A stretch of 64,000 nucleotides of DNA from the human T2T-CHM13v2.0 reference genome, Homo sapiens: contig CP068257.2 in assembly GCA_009914755.4 (NCBI GenBank), positions 9,888,001 through 9,952,000 on the forward strand, written 5' to 3'. Each line of letters starts with the position of its first letter. Within the stretch, counting starts at the first letter, position 1. Below are positions 1-15,176 of this stretch, piece after piece. A model generated the notes under the pieces. That model did not search any database and was not told the origin of the DNA. It worked only from the letters and a program-made list of their open reading frames with translations. The translations under genes and the position numbers were made by a program.

Positions 1-292
<292 letters not shown>

Positions 293-621
293 CTAATTGT
301 ATTTTTTTTTAATAAGCTGGAGCTTTTGAACAAGATGACCTTTGTGACCTCTCAAGAGGATGGCCACTCATTGACTGGGTAGCACAAGGCCCCACTTCTA
401 TTAGGGCATGCTGGCTGGAGTCCCCTGTGTCCTGGCCATAGCACAGCCTTTGACTGGCATCACGCCCATTCTATGAATGAATAGAGAGATTGACTAACCC
501 GAGTGACTAGCTTTGGGAGCTGGTAGGATGATTAGGAAAACAGAACCCTCAAGAAAAGAATTTAGCTCAGTGCTCTTTCCTAGAGGCTACATTGTGTTGC
601 CTCTTCTTGTCCATCAGTTTT

Positions 622-775
622 CATTTTTTCAGACAGGATCTTCCTCCGTCACCCAGGCTGGAATGCAGTGGTGATCAGAGCTCACTGCAGCCTTGAACTC
701 CTGGGCTCAAACAATCCTCCTGTCTCAGCCTCCCGAGTAGCTGGGCCTACATGCATGCACCACCATCCCAAGCTA
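622..775 (-). mobile_element. Alu-like monomer fragment (~150 bp, antisense)
   Basis: ttttttcagacaggatcttcctccgtcacccaggctggaatgcagtggtgatc…gcctcccgagtagctgggcctacatgc is the reverse complement of an Alu arm. No second arm is present. Confidence 0.75.
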
Positions 776-2714
776 ATTAGATAATTTATTTTGAAAGCAC
801 TTTGAGAAGCACTTCACTGTCAAATCTGTAGGTCTAAAAGGAGAAGCATACATACACATAATTGATTTCATGTTGTTTTACATTTCCTTTGTCCTCTTCT
901 GGAATGTCATCTTTTTTCTTGGCTTCTCTTTCAGCACAGGATCTAATCTAGATAATGGAAAAGAGAATCCAATGGGTTATATGTTTATCTTCCACCTTCC
1001 CCACTTTACATATCACATAAGAATATTCGAGATGATTTCTTATGCAGAAGAAAAAAATTAACTGAGCAACTATATTCAGAAAAAGACAGGATCTTGCTAT
1101 GCATTTTTACTTCATATATATATAATCTATATGAGTAAGGGCTATCACATGCTTCTTCCACAGTCCTTGTGTCAGAAACACTACAGATAAAATTATTTCA
1201 GAAATATTTTACACATCAGATCCTGCTAGACAATAAAGCAATCATTCATTTAATTTTGTCCTCCAAGTGAATACACCAGGATCAAATTATCCCTATAGAC
1301 AAGTGTTCATTTGATCAGACTGAAAGCTTAATAGCTATTTTACATTGCACAGACTATTATCAAAGTATTAAAACTTTTAACATTACACAACTTGTTTTTA
1401 ATTAATTGGAACCCACCTCTTTTACTGGCTTCTTATATTCTCCTAAGTTTGGATAGATGTTTACTATCACATGTCATAAGTTAATTGATCTGCATTCAAC
1501 AATTAGGATCGCCCACAGAACAGGCAATTGGCAATGGTAAGGACTCATGTCTCCTAAGGGATCTCTGTGGCCAGAGTCCAGTTCCAGGGCTGGTTAGAAA
1601 GTGATGACAAATAACGTCTTTGTGCCAATGACATCTTTGTGACAGTTTTGATTAGAGGGGTCCCAGACCTGAAAACATTCCCTGCTAGGGCCTGTAGCAC
1701 AATGCTACCTTTAGTAAGAGGGATCTGTGTTCTGGTAGATAAGGCAAGGTCATAAAGGTGAAGGGCTGACAGAGATTAGGAAAGCCTGCAATTAAATGGT
1801 ACAAAAAGAGTCTTAAATAACCACTGTTCAGAGCTTCCAAGTACTTGACTAACCTAAGAGACCCAGAAAACTTTGTATTTCATCTGAAAATTGCTTTAAA
1901 TAGTGAAAAACGCAATCTTTGTGTATCTTTGTATCTTTGCATAAGTGCAAAGCACTGCACATATATTTGCCATTGTTGCCTTCAATAACACTTTTGTGAT
2001 GATATCCAGATGAAAAATAATTTAAACATGATACAATAAAATATAAATAAATAAAATTAAATGTAAGTCACAAACCCATCTGCATTTCCTCAATGACCTG
2101 TTTCCTGAGAAGCAATGTGCTATGAAATACTGAGAGTGGCCTCTGGAGTCAGGTGGGCCTGGGTACACATCCTGTCTTACCACACCTTGAAATCACTGTG
2201 ATTACCATGAACTGACTGACAAAAACCACGAGGATGTAAGGAGGGTCAGAGGCTGTCTTCTTGTCTGTAAGGCTCAGCTCACATCCACCTCACAGGAGCA
2301 TTATGGAAATTCAAGACTACAACGCATGTGCTGGATGCATGCAACAAAAAAATATAACATTTCACTTCTCTAACTGTAAGAAAAACCTACATTTTAGATT
2401 GAAATTGTTTGGGCTTTAGATTTGAAATTATCTGAAATGAAGACCATTCTAAAAAGAAAATCAAACATATGACTGGAAATCTAACATGAAGCACGTACAG
2501 AGAATTGATAGATGCTTTTAAATTACACTGGAAGTAGAGAAAAATGTAACATTAATTTTTATGCTCTAATTATAAGAACGAAGGGCATTTTAGAAAAGGC
2601 ATTTGCCCCCTCTCTTAGAGCCTTCCACTCTGGCCCCCATCATGCCTTACAGAGCAAATCTGGGTCAGACTGGATGCAACCTGTGATTCCCAACAGAGAC
2701 AAACAAAGCAAGGT

Positions 2715-2917
2715 TCAGGATGCTCAGTACTGCGATGGAATGCCAAGACACAGAAAAACCATGTGTCAAGAAGGGGGGAGTTATTCTTTAGACACATCCT
2801 GGTATATGTTTATCATTAAAGATCGGTGCATTTGCTCAGTACTGCGATGGAATGCCAAGACACAGAAAAGCCATGTGTCAAGAAGCGGGGAGTTATTCTT
2901 TAGACATATCCTGGTAA
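2715..2917. repeat. Local tandem duplication, ~84 bp unit x2 with a ~25 bp spacer
   Basis: tgctcagtactgcgatggaatgccaagacacagaaaa(a/g)ccatgtgtcaagaag(g/c)ggggagttattctttagaca(c/t)atcctggta occurs twice in direct orientation, about 96% identical. Confidence 0.85.
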
Positions 2918-3329
2918 GATCAGTGGCTTTTGTGAGTCTAAAAAATTAAGCCTTAAATGTTTTCATCAAATTCCACTTAACTACCTGATTTATCTATGTT
3001 ATATTAACAGTATTATTTAGAATTTCACCTTGACATGAAGATGTCTGTGTAACTTTTACAATGATGTAAAACAAAGAGTAGGATTAGGGAGGGCACAGGC
3101 CACTGGTGCAATGGATAACGCGTCTGACTACGGATGAGGGAATTTAGCCTGGAATAAGGAACTTTTATTTCCAGCTTAGTGATGCACACAAATTTTAAAA
3201 ATAAAATAAAAATCATGTTTTATGTGACTCATGTTTCTCCTAATGCAAAGAAGACAGGTACTATTAATAAAAATATTTTTAAAATGTAAGGGCTAAGGCC
3301 CCAGAAGTTCTGCTATAATTTTTTATGTT

Positions 3330-3580
3330 TCATAGAGTGATTATCATCACAGAAGCTCAAGCATTATGTAAATACAAACGCGTATACCCCCACCTGGTAA
3401 TTCTGCTTCTGGAAATTTATCTTCAGGTCCACCCGCACATCTACAAATTGATGCATATTCAATATTATGTACTGCAGCACTGTTTATAAGAGCAAAAGAC
3501 TGGAAACAGCCTAAATTTCCATCTACAAAAGACTAAATAAATTAAGGTACATCCCTAAAATGGAATATTATGTGGCTGTT
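3330..3580 (+). mobile_element. L1 3'-end fragment (ancient L1M-type)
   Basis: …ctggaaacagcctaaatttccatctacaaaagactaaataaattaaggtacatccctaaaatggaatattatgtggctgttaaaaag matches the conserved ORF2 C-terminus/3'UTR region of L1 (…KxPKCPSxxEWIxKMWYIYTMEYYxAIKK…). Confidence 0.55.
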
Positions 3581-3582
3581 AA

Positions 3583-3630
3583 AAAGAGAGAGAGAGAGAA
3601 AGAGAGAAAAGCAAGAAAAAGAGAAAACTT
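3583..3630. repeat. (GA)n / GA-rich simple repeat
   Basis: aaaaagagagagagagagaaagagagaaaagcaagaaaaagagaaaac. Confidence 0.85.
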
Positions 3631-6600
3631 TCTACATTCAAACTAATAGTAGAAAACTCTCCAAGATACAATTTTAAGGAAAAAAAAAATCAAAGTCGAG
3701 AAGACTATAGAGGAGGTTGCCTTTAGTGTAAAACAGTTGAAAATTATAAATATATTCATATGTTTATAAAGAAATTTTAGGAGGCTATAAAAAAACAAAG
3801 GGAAAGAGGAACAGGAGCTGGGACACAGGTGAGTAAGATGTATGGTAGGCATATGTCTTCATCTTCATATGCTTTTATTTAAAAATGTTGGACCACGTGT
3901 ACATGTTATCTATTTAAAAAATTAGATTTTAAAATACAAGCAAGAAAACAAGAAAATGAAAGCTTAAAAAGAGCATGTGGAACTACCAGAAAAAGATACT
4001 AATCCATGGAGATAATGGCAAGGTAGCTCCTAGATGCACTGATTTCTCTACCACATTGTATAAACAAGCCAGCAACTATGGGATTTATAATTTAAAATGA
4101 GTCTATTTGAAACACCACATTATAAAAAGCTATTAACTAAATCTTTAAAGTGACAGTAAATGATGACTTAACATTTTAAAGAGATACAGTCACATCGCAT
4201 GTGTGAATGCAGTCATCTGTATAAAATGTCATCAATACCTTGATCATTTCTTCTTCTCCTGCTGTTTTACTTTTTGCTTCTATGTCCCCTGCTTCATTAC
4301 ATCTAATAAAGCAGCTATTTGAGGCCAACAAAGCCATTTTCCCCTAAGTGAAACAAAATAACAAAATAGCCATGAGGATACTTCTTGTGGAAGAAACATT
4401 AAGTGTTTAGATTGAATTAATTTTTCCTCCCTGCTTTAAAAATTGCAGAAAAGAACTTAGAGAAAAACCTGAAAAATATAATACAAGAACATATAGAAAG
4501 GGAAACCAAAATCACCTTTCATTTTACTATTCAAAGATTACCACAATAAACATTTGTAGTGTATCTTCCTAGTAGGACTAAAGTAGGATTGCTTCCTTTC
4601 TAAAAGATCTACTGAAGATAAAACTCATTTAGTTCTGCTTGGAAAATTAACTTTAAAGACAAGAACATAATTATGAATGCATACTTTATTCAAATATTAA
4701 CATTTTAAGTAAAATTTATTTTCTTCACAATTAGAAAACATGAAAAGGTATATACAATGCCTTTGGTGTTTTGAATTTAAGAATCAATGTCTGAGGGACT
4801 TTTTTGTGTGAAAGTAAATATTCATATACATTTTTAATTGTTTAATATTTGATGTATTACACTGGTTTCTATTAAACAAAACTTTAAAAACTGATTTTCT
4901 TGTGTATCTAAATCTGGGTTATAAATTTGGTTAGCTTAATTCCCGTAACAAATATAACATTTATTTATAACTGTATTTGGTTGATTCTTTTGGAAAACTT
5001 GTTATACCATAACATTTAGACAAAATATTTATAAATACAATGATTACAAAATATGTTAACCTTATATCACATCCAGTTAAAAACGTGCTGATAACATGGA
5101 TTTAATTTCTCAGTCAAGTCACAAGGGCTGGGTGGTCTCTCATCTGGATGGCTCCTGGTGAGCTCTGGAACACGGTGGTGTGGCCCAAGGCGATTTAAAC
5201 CTGTGTCACAGATTATTCAGCTGAGTCCTTTTTGCAATAGAGTTTTAAGACCTTCTTTCATTTAAATTTAAATTTTTGAAACTTAGCGTCCTTCCTAAAA
5301 ATAAAATAAAATGAACTTTCCTAAAGTGTTGTATTATTAGTACTATCTAAGTCATCATCCTGGCCTTATGAAATATTGGCATTTTCTACTGGTGTAACTT
5401 TTATTAGAAGCATCTCATCATAATAAGTAGGATCATCTCAAAGGGGTTGCAACACATTAGCAGGTAATGAAATCAATGTAGTGTTTCCTGAACGGTATTG
5501 GGTGGGTGGGGGGGAAAAGGAATACACACAGACACACAGAGAAAGGGGTAAAAGAGAATAAGAAATATCAAGGTGCATAACACATGGATAAGTAAGTATT
5601 GTTAAGTACAACTCTTGCTTCAGTTATACATATGTGTGTGCTGGGTTGCAATGTGAAAATGCATTTCTCAATGGATTGGGTCAAAATAGTTTTCAAGTCA
5701 CCGACTTAAGACTTTATTCTAGGGGATGAGGAAATTAGTCTAAGTGATTACCACTTTCTGGTGGGAAGTTTGTTTAATCTGTCATCTTAGAAAACACTGC
5801 TGAGTACCTATTTTCAGTTCATTATTGTATACTACCAAAGCTGCTACTCAAAGGCTGAACTTATCTTCTATTTGCTTGTTCTGCGTGGTGCCCACTGGTC
5901 CTTACTCTTTTTGATATAGTTATCTACTTTTTAAAGACAGTTTAGCACTCACATATTTTTGTTCAATCTTTCCTTCTCACACAAACAGAAAAAGGAAATT
6001 ATGTATTCTGTATCAACAAAGATTTAACCAAACATCCATATACTACAACTGTTTACTTACTAAAATTAAGAATTAGTATATTATCTTTTTTCTTCTAATA
6101 TTAAAACTATCTTTTCATACACTATTTTAAGCTTATGAACTGAAAGTCTTTTAGAGATAATTTACTTCAATGAACCATTATTATTTATATTTTATATGCA
6201 AATTGTCACAACTTGGTCTTAGCTAGCTCCACTGTTTGCTTACAGTCTGTAATGTTTCTGAAATCATCCATGATTTCTGCTACAAAGAAGATACTTAGGA
6301 ACTATTCTGTTTTCCTACTCTGTGACCTAAAATTGACTGGTTCTTCAATGGAAATGAGATCCATATCTAGGCACTAAGGGTATAGAGAAATAATTGTGGG
6401 CAAAAGTACTAATGCTATTTTTGTTGCACTACATTTTGAGATCTCTTTAAGGCTCTATGTTCTTAGTGGTTTATTCCAATTTAATGTATTATACTATTGC
6501 ATCCTACTTTTTCTTTTTAAATATATTATGATTGACTGTTACAGACTTTCTATTAAACTGACAGGAAGTTTTTATAAACAAAAACAGCACTTACATTTTG

Positions 6601-6849
6601 AAAGACTGGTTCCCATTGTTCTCTTGGTCCAATTGCATCTGAACGCCCAACAACAAGTTCATCTGAATTTATACCAAGATATTTTCCATAGCCAGATTTC
6701 AGGGCAATGCTGTACATTAATAAGATAGATAAAAGTTAAAAACTGAGAGAAAATTAATTATAGGACATCAAAACAGGACATGTGTATGTGTGTAGGTGTG
6801 TACATATCTAAAGTTTCAGACTGGACATATTCCAAGAGTTCAAAAGATG

Positions 6850-7152
6850 CATGTGGCTGAGAGGTAACTCACTCCTGTAATCTCTGTGCTTTGGAAAGGC
6901 AATGGGAGAATTGCTTGAGGCAAGAAGTTCAAGATCAGCCTGGACAACATAGTGAGACCCCATCTTTACAAAAAATTTAAAAAGTTAGCTGGGCATGGTG
7001 GTGTGCACATGTAATACCAGCTACTTGGGAGACTGATGCAGGAGGAGTGCTTGAGCCCAGAAATTTGAGGTTATAATGAGCTATGATCACACCACTGCCC
7101 TCCAGCCTGGGTGACAGATTGAGACTCTGTGCCTCAAAAAAAAAAAAAAAAA
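6850..7152 (+). mobile_element. Alu SINE, full length, with poly(A)
   Basis: gcatgtggctgag…cactcctgtaatc…gagaccccatctttacaaaaaatttaaaaagttagctgggcatggtggtg…ccagcctgggtgacag…(A)17. Confidence 0.9.
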
Positions 7153-9792
7153 TCTACATGTGACTAGTTGTTGCCATATTGGACTGTACAGTTTTAAATT
7201 TAGTTTTATATTTTGCTTTTTTAATAAAAACATTGTACCTTTATTACATAACAAATATTTTCAAAATTCATCATTCTTCAATTATACCTCTTTAGTTATA
7301 AATTTCAATATTAAATTACTAAAACTTTATGTCATCAAACTGTTTTCCAGAAAATGTTGCTTCCATTTACATTCTTACCTCAAATTAACAGAGTATGTTT
7401 TGTATCATGGATTTTTTTTTAAACATTATGACTCTAAAAAAATACTTGAAAACCTGATATGGAAAAAAACAGTATCCTATTAATTTGCATTTTAGTAGTT
7501 AACTAGAATAACAATTGTTTTTCTTTTCCTTTCCTTTTTAGTTTTTAGATTATCTGATAATGTCCCTTGTCCATTTTTCTATTCAGATCTGATTGTTCGC
7601 AATTTTTCTACTGGGGTCTTCAGTGCTATGAATTTTATACAAGATACATATGAAGAGTAAGAACTCACTGCCTATTAAGATTGTTGCAAATATTTTCCTC
7701 ATTTGTCAGTTAATTTTCTTTATAATCCTTTTTTGTTTATAATTGTAAAGCAGTTTAAAACTATTGAATTTTTCTTCCTCTGCTTTTATTCTGTCTTTCA
7801 CCCTACTTATCAGACTTTCAAGGAAAGTATAGAAATAATCACCTTAATGTGATTTTTTTAAAATTATGATTTCTTTTACCTTACCAAGAATCTCCTCGGA
7901 TGCCAGAATTGACTTTTACTCCTTTATACATTAATGATTATATAACAGAAATCATTATCATGTTGATGTAACCAATTACTAAAATATGTAAATTCACTTT
8001 CATTATCTTTTACCCAAAGAATCATTCTATACTTCTGCACAAGGTGAGAATAAAAAAGGCTACTTTATAAAATGACTGTAAAAATAGTGAGTAAAAATAT
8101 TCTTTTGGTCGTTATGATGCTGTAACATTCTCTGCTGGTTTCAACAATATTAATTTTTTTTTAGTCTTCCTTTTTGTCTTTAGACTTCCAAACAGTGAGT
8201 TTAAATATCATAGCAACAGTGAACCAGGTTTTGTACAAATTGATTTATTTTTTAATCTATCTTATTTGGTGTGTGAAATTATTTATCTTCATTTTTTAAC
8301 TTACATATCTTTTTTCCAGCCTAGCATTATACATTGATAGGAAATCCACTAAAAGTAGATCACAAAATCTACTTTTCAAAAAAGCTATTTCATTTTTTAT
8401 ATCAAAATTACCATAGGCTTAAGATAGATACTAAAGTTTTTAATGAATACAATTAAATTTTTAAAATAACTGGTTACTAATTATATTACAATATAAGTTC
8501 ACCTGGAATCAGATAATTTGACAGCCATAAACTGCTCTGGAGGACTAGGGCCCTCATCAACTATTGGAGAAAAAACATTTGAAAATAAATTTGACATTTG
8601 CTATAAATATAAAGATATTATTTTGCTTTAAAAAATGTGGCTATTTTCTTCTTCAATTAAATGTAAGAATATTCAGATATACTGATGTCACTGCAATACT
8701 GTATCTTTGGAATCAAGATCTATTTTACCTTCTTTTAGCTACAGTGTTAATTTTATACACTGAGTAAGACAGGGTGATATAATGCTTATTTAATAACTTT
8801 CAAGATAGCTTCTCTTTATGTTTTAAAATACAGTCATAAATAAGCACTTATTTAAAAAAGCTAAATGCTTTCATTTATTCAATGGATGGCCTTGCTGATG
8901 AAATGATACTGCTTTTTATCTTCTAATTACTTCGTATCTCATTAGTGTTTCCTCTAATGGGCTAAAGAAAATGAGGAAACTTCAAATTGTTAAATTCACC
9001 CAGGTTAGTTTTGGTAATAGGTCTGAATAAAAAAGAAATTCAAATATGTTTGACTCAAATAGGTTTTCTTTTTTCTTTTCACTTACTATTTTAATTATTC
9101 ATATTGTTTTGATTTCCAAAGATACTCTTCTGGAACTATATGGAATGTTTTCAAATGCTTATATTAGAAAGAGGGACTTGCCAATGGCTGGTAAATATTA
9201 AGGAATTAAAAAAATGGAAGAGTCTAATGCAATGGTTCCATTCCTTTGGAAAATGTTTGAGACTAGTTAGAGTTTGGCCTAAGTGAATGAATGTCCTAAA
9301 ATCTACACTTGTGGCAGGATCTTCCCTTCCAGACACAAACCTTTGTGTGGAGCTCCCAGGGTAAAAAGACCATTGTTGAGTGCATGTATATAGGTTCCCT
9401 CATCCATTTCAATGGCAATGGTTCCTGAAATTTCACCAAAGTTTGTTACTGTTCACCAGATTCCTAAAAAATAAAAATGATATTTCAATTTTATATTTTA
9501 GTTTTGACACAGAGTTCTTTGTTATTATAACTTAGTTTTAAAAACCTTTTATTTTGCAGTCATAAGAAATACTACGAAGATCTCACATATCTTTTACTCA
9601 CTTTGTCTCAATGATAACATCTTGCATAAGTATCATACATTGTTAGAATAAGGAAACTGACATTGATATAATCCATGAAGCTTATTCAGATTTCACCAGT
9701 TTTACATGTACTTGTTTGCATGTATGTGCACAGATTCCTGCGACTACCAGCACAGTCAGGATTAGGTTTTTAAAATACACAATAGCAACATA

Positions 9793-9947
9793 CAGCCAGG
9801 CATGGGGGTGCATGCCTGTAATCCCAGCTACTCAGGGAGCTGTGAAAGAGGATCACTTGAGCCCAGGAGTTCAAGGTTATAGTGAGCTATGATCACGCCA
9901 CTGTACTCTAGCCTGAGTGACAGAACAAGGTCCTGTCTCAAAAAAAG
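9793..9947 (+). mobile_element. Partial Alu (single arm, FRAM-like or 3'-truncated)
   Basis: cagccaggcatgggggtgcatgcctgtaatcccagctactcagggagc…cactgtactctagcctgagtgacagaacaaggtcctgtctcaaaaaaa. Confidence 0.75.
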
Positions 9948-10113
9948 ACCAAAACAAAACAAAAGGCAACATGTGAGGGTACAAAGTGATATATGGAGAA
10001 CTGTCTCTCTTCTGATAGACCCCAGCCATCTATTCATGCCTGCTTTCCAGAGGCAATGCCTATCATAATGCTTCTTAAAAATGCCTCTACAGGAAGACTT
10101 TCTAGCATAGTAA

Positions 10114-10407
10114 TTTTTTTTTTTTTTGAGATGGAGTCTCGCTCTGTCGCCCAGGCTGGAGTGCAGTGATGTGATCTTGGCTCACTGCAACCTCCACTTC
10201 CTGGGTTCAAACAATTCTCTGCCTAGCTTCCCGAGTAGCTGGGGTTACAAGAGCCTGCCACCATGCCCGAATAATTTTTTTTGTATTTTTAGTAGAGATG
10301 GGGTTTCACCACATTGGCCAGGCTGGTCTTGAACTCCTGACCTCGTGGTCCACCCGCCTCTGCCTCCCAAAGTGCTGGGATTACAGGTTTGAGCCACCGC
10401 TCCCAGC
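10114..10407 (-). mobile_element. Alu SINE, full length, antisense
   Basis: (T)14gagatggagtctcgctctgtcgcccaggctggagtgcagtg…cctcccaaagtgctgggattacaggtttgagccaccgctcccagcc. Confidence 0.92.
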
Positions 10408-11084
10408 CAGTAATCTTAACTATGATTTTAGATTCAAAGCAAAATGAGCAGAATCTATGTCTATGTATACTAATGTCCAATTTGCCAATAGAAATGTTAG
10501 AGTCTAGAAACCATTATTTTAGCAGTTGTTATAAAAGTTTATATCTTAATGTTAAAAAATATCCTCAAAACTCTTCCTAAATTGTACTTTAACTAGAGTA
10601 GAAATGAGTCAATCATTAAATGGATATTACATATTAAGGAATTCTTGTTAATTTTACAAGGTCTGATAATGACATAGTATAATATATAAAAGTAAAGAAC
10701 AAAACAGGTGATGAGAGAAAGACATACCACGTTAAGAAATGTACATTTATGTACTTATGGGTAAAATGATGTAATATCTGTGATTTTACTTAAAATTTTC
10801 TAGGAAAAAAGTGTGTGGGGGTGTGTATGTAAATGAAACGAGATTGGCAAAATATTGATAATTAATACTGGGGCCTGGGCACATGGGGGACTCATTATAT
10901 TCTTCTATGTATGGATTGGTTTGCATATTTCCATAATAAAAAGGTTTTAAAGATTCAGTTTATTCCACTGCACAAAACTTTCTATTCAACTAAACATTTC
11001 ATGCTTTTCATAGTCAATTTTAAAATACATAAAATTTTAGCTAAAATGAAGTTGGACCCTTATCTAACACAAAATACAAAAAGT

Positions 11085-11960
11085 AACTTAAAATAGACAA
11101 AAGACCTAAATGTAAGAGCTAAAGTTAGAAAACTTTTAGAAGAAAATGGGAAAAGCTTCACGACAATGAATTTGGCAATGATTTCTTATATAGAACATCA
11201 AAGGCACAGGCAACAAAAGAAAACGTAGACAAACTGGACTTCATCAGAATTAAAAATTTTGTGCATTAAGAACCACTGTCAACAGAGTAAAAGGCAACCC
11301 AGGGAATGCAGAAAATATTTGTAAACTACAAACATTATAAGGAATTAATATCCAGACTATATAGAGAACTCCAGAAAGACAAATACCACAATTCAAAACT
11401 GGGCAAAGGATATATACGGACATTGCTCCAAAGATGATATTCAAATGGCCAATAAGCACTGGAAAAGACGCTCAACATCACTAGTCAGTAGGGAAATATA
11501 AATCAAAACCATAATGCAATACCACTTCACACCCATTAGAATGCTATTATCAAAACAAACAAAAAACAGAAACCAAGAAAACCAGAAAAACAAATGTTGG
11601 GCAGAATGTGGTAAACTGAAACCCTGTGCAATGCTGGTGGGAAGGTAAAATGGTGCATGTATTTAAATGCCACTGAAGTGTACACGTAAAAATAGAAAAA
11701 CTGGCAAATTCAATATTCTGTATATTTTACCTCCACACACACACGAAACCAATGGAGAAAAAGAAAATTAATCAAAATTAAAATTTCAGCTCAAGACGAT
11801 TAGAAAGCAAGAAAACTAATGACAATTTAGATGATTGAGTTATAGCTACAATTGTTTTCAGTAAAAGAAATAATGCTTTATTCAGAATCATTATGAACAG
11901 TGTTATGATTAGCAAGTCTTTCCTATAAATGTAATAGTTAATAATTTTAAATTAGTTTTA
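11085..11960 (+). mobile_element. L1 fragment: ORF2 C-terminal region and 3'UTR (ancient L1M/L1P type)
   Basis: Translates to L1 ORF2-like peptide (…KAQATKEKIDKLDFIKIKNFCA…MANKHWKRRSTSLVSREI*IKTIMQYHFTPIRMLLSKQ…). Canonical L1 motif …gaaatgcaaatcaaaaccacaatgagatacca…-like sequence is present. Confidence 0.75.
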
Positions 11961-12635
11961 TTTTGTATGTTCTATGCCACGTTCACCAAGTACACTTAAT
12001 ATTAAATAAAATCATTTAAATATAATATCTCATTAATGTTTTTCAAATGAAGAAGAAATTTCTGGCAGACAAGCTCCTCAAAATTTTCACCCTCTGTCCA
12101 AGTAGGGAAATGATACAATAACATTACTTATAATATTGTTAACTGAAAAAGAAATTACTTTGAGCAGATGCCAGTATTTTTTCTCAATGGGATTTCAAAG
12201 AATAAGAAACCTAAACACAGTATCATCAAGAATTACATGTGAGCATTCTGCCTACTTTCTGCAAGTGGCCTACATTCAACCTTTGGAGGTATGCTTATAC
12301 GATTAACGACTAAAGTAACATAACATGATACTTAACGATGCCACTTGGGGATTTTAGCTGTGAAAAAGCAGTGGATCCTAAGAACAGTGGGCACTGAAGT
12401 TGCCTGTCTCTATGTCAGGTGACAGCTCCAGCTGTGTATATGCTGCAGACACGCAAGCTGAATTTAAGAGAATCCGCTCTAAAACATTACTTGCTATTTA
12501 GACATATGCTTAAAGTTATTTCCTTTTAAACCTTAGGCAGATGGTGAAATATTCCCACTGGGTTGTCTCACAATGCATAACAAAGCTTTTCACATATTTT
12601 CACATAGTTGAGAATGTTTCCATATGTCTGGCATG

Positions 12636-12914
12636 TTTGTAATCCAGCACTTTGAGAGGTGGAAGCAGGAGAATCACTTAAGCCCAGGAGTTCAAAATCA
12701 GCCTAGGCAACAAAAGGAGACCCCCATCTCTACAAAAATATTAAGAAATTAGCTGGGTATGGTGGTACAAGCCTGTGGTCCCAGCTACTCGGGAGTCTGA
12801 GGTGAGAGGATTGCTTGAGCCTATGAGGTCGAGGGTGAACTGAACCACGATCATGTCACTGAACTCCAGCCTGAGCAACAAAGCAAGAGCCTGTCTCAAA
12901 AAAAAAAAAAAAAA
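12636..12914 (+). mobile_element. Alu SINE (slightly 5'-truncated) with poly(A)
   Basis: tgtaatccagcactttgagaggtggaagcaggagaatcacttaagcccaggagttcaaaatcagcctaggcaac…ccagcctgagcaacaaagcaagagcctgtctc(A)17. Confidence 0.9.
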
Positions 12915-14458
12915 GTCCCGATGCACCAGTGTCATGGCTGATAAGATACTCCCAGGGCACCCTCATTCTAGCATCAAGGCTGTGTGACAGCTCACCTTAC
13001 CTTCTGACTAACCCAGTGCTTCTGTGCTAAGGGCCCCCTTAAAACTTTACCTTCATTATGTTCTTGGCACAAAGGAATGATATATCTTAGATTTGGAAAT
13101 GGAATTTTCTTCCCAATCTTACTGTAGTCTAAGTACCCTTCACAGACCTCCTATTAACCCATAGCTTACTTAGCTTTAGTTCCTGGGTAAATCAAATCTG
13201 TGTTTTGCAAACTGTGATGTTGTAAGTTCAATTGCTTCTGAATCTAGCAGAGCTCAGTGAAACTCTTTGCTTACAGACATGCTCATTTTTATTAATGTCA
13301 CACATGGTATTCTCCATGTTAGAGACAGAATTTCTTTCATCCTATTTACCAATCCCTTCAGATCCTTGTGAAGAACCAACAGAACAGCTTTAAAAAATTA
13401 AAAGGTTTTTTTCTTTCCCTTCACAAATAGGCACATGCTTACTTATACAGCAAGTTTAGAAAATCCACAATGCAAAAGAAGGTGGAAGGACAAAGAGAAA
13501 AAGGTGCAGAAGGACTTCCTCTTCCAGCCAAGATGGACTTGCCCTCCCACAATGACCAATGAGAAAACTGAAACTGGATAGAATATTAGAGAGAACTGTT
13601 TCCAGGGATTGGAACACAGGCAGAACAGGACTGTGATATTTGAGAACAGGAAAACACAGGAGGCAAATCTCACACATACTTCTGTTTTCTGCCCAATGGC
13701 AGTTTCTTGACCATGCAGAGAGAGGTAGAGACGTCCAAAAATGAGGCAATGCCACTTTCTCTAAGCTGAGAGTCTTGCAGTGCTAAGGTGTTTGGAGTTT
13801 ATAGAATAAGGTACTGGAGAAGAGGGAACTACATACAGGTGAGGTCTCAAAAGAGTATGCAAAAGTTCTCGGCAGGTCTGGGGCCAAGGGCTGGGGGGAG
13901 TGCATAGAGCAGGCAGGCTCCACAAGGCCTCTGCAGAGTGGCTGGCACTTCTGAGGGCTGACTGGAGATGCCAGAGATCACACAAATTTGGGACATAGCA
14001 GAGTGGAGAGAACTCACAAAGTATACCTAGAACATGTGGCTGAGGGCCATGAGGATGAATCTTTCCTAGAGTAAGAGTCACTGTCTAAGTCTACAGGCAA
14101 AAATCTAATAAATAAGCACAAACTAACAAAGGCCCAGGTTTGACAGGAGAAAAAGGGTGGTCAAATAATTTAACTAGGCATCAAGACATTTAACAGAAAT
14201 AAAGGTTAAAATGTTATGAAAATGAAAGACTGAATTTATAAGGAAGACTTAACAATCCTAAATGTGTACACATGACAGCTTCAAAATACTTTAAGCAAAA
14301 ACTGCTCAAGTAGACAGATCTAGAATTACAGCTGGAGATTTTAACATAACTCTCAATACATTGTATGATGAGTAAAAAATCAGTAAGGACACAGAAGATG
14401 TGCATAGTCACAAGCTCCACCAGTTGATCTAATTGACATCTGAAGAACACTGAACCAC

Positions 14459-14817
<359 letters not shown>

Positions 14818-15176
14818 TCACTAAGAAAGTATGTTCCCCAACTATACTATAAATGAATTAAAAATCAGCAACAATAACATACCTATAATATCTCTATGTA
14901 GTAGAAGTTAAAAACAATACACTTTTAAATAACTCAAATGTCCATGAAAAGAAAAATCACAAGGAAAACTAGATGATATTTTGAATGGAATGAAAATGAA
15001 AGCAAAATGTGTTGACTATAACTAAAACTAACATGGAATGAAGATATCTAACTGCTTTCTTAAGAAGCAATAAAACAAGAGCAAAGTAAACTGAAAATAA
15101 GTTAAAGGGAGGAAAAAAAAGACTGAAAATAAATGAAATAAAAAATGAAAAAAAGACAAAATAAGTAATACTGAAA

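Noticed and set aside
13440-14090. Possible L1 ORF1/5' region upstream of the 14090-17700 ORF2 block
   Set aside because: I could not recognise ORF1 or 5'UTR motifs with any confidence. Left unannotated.
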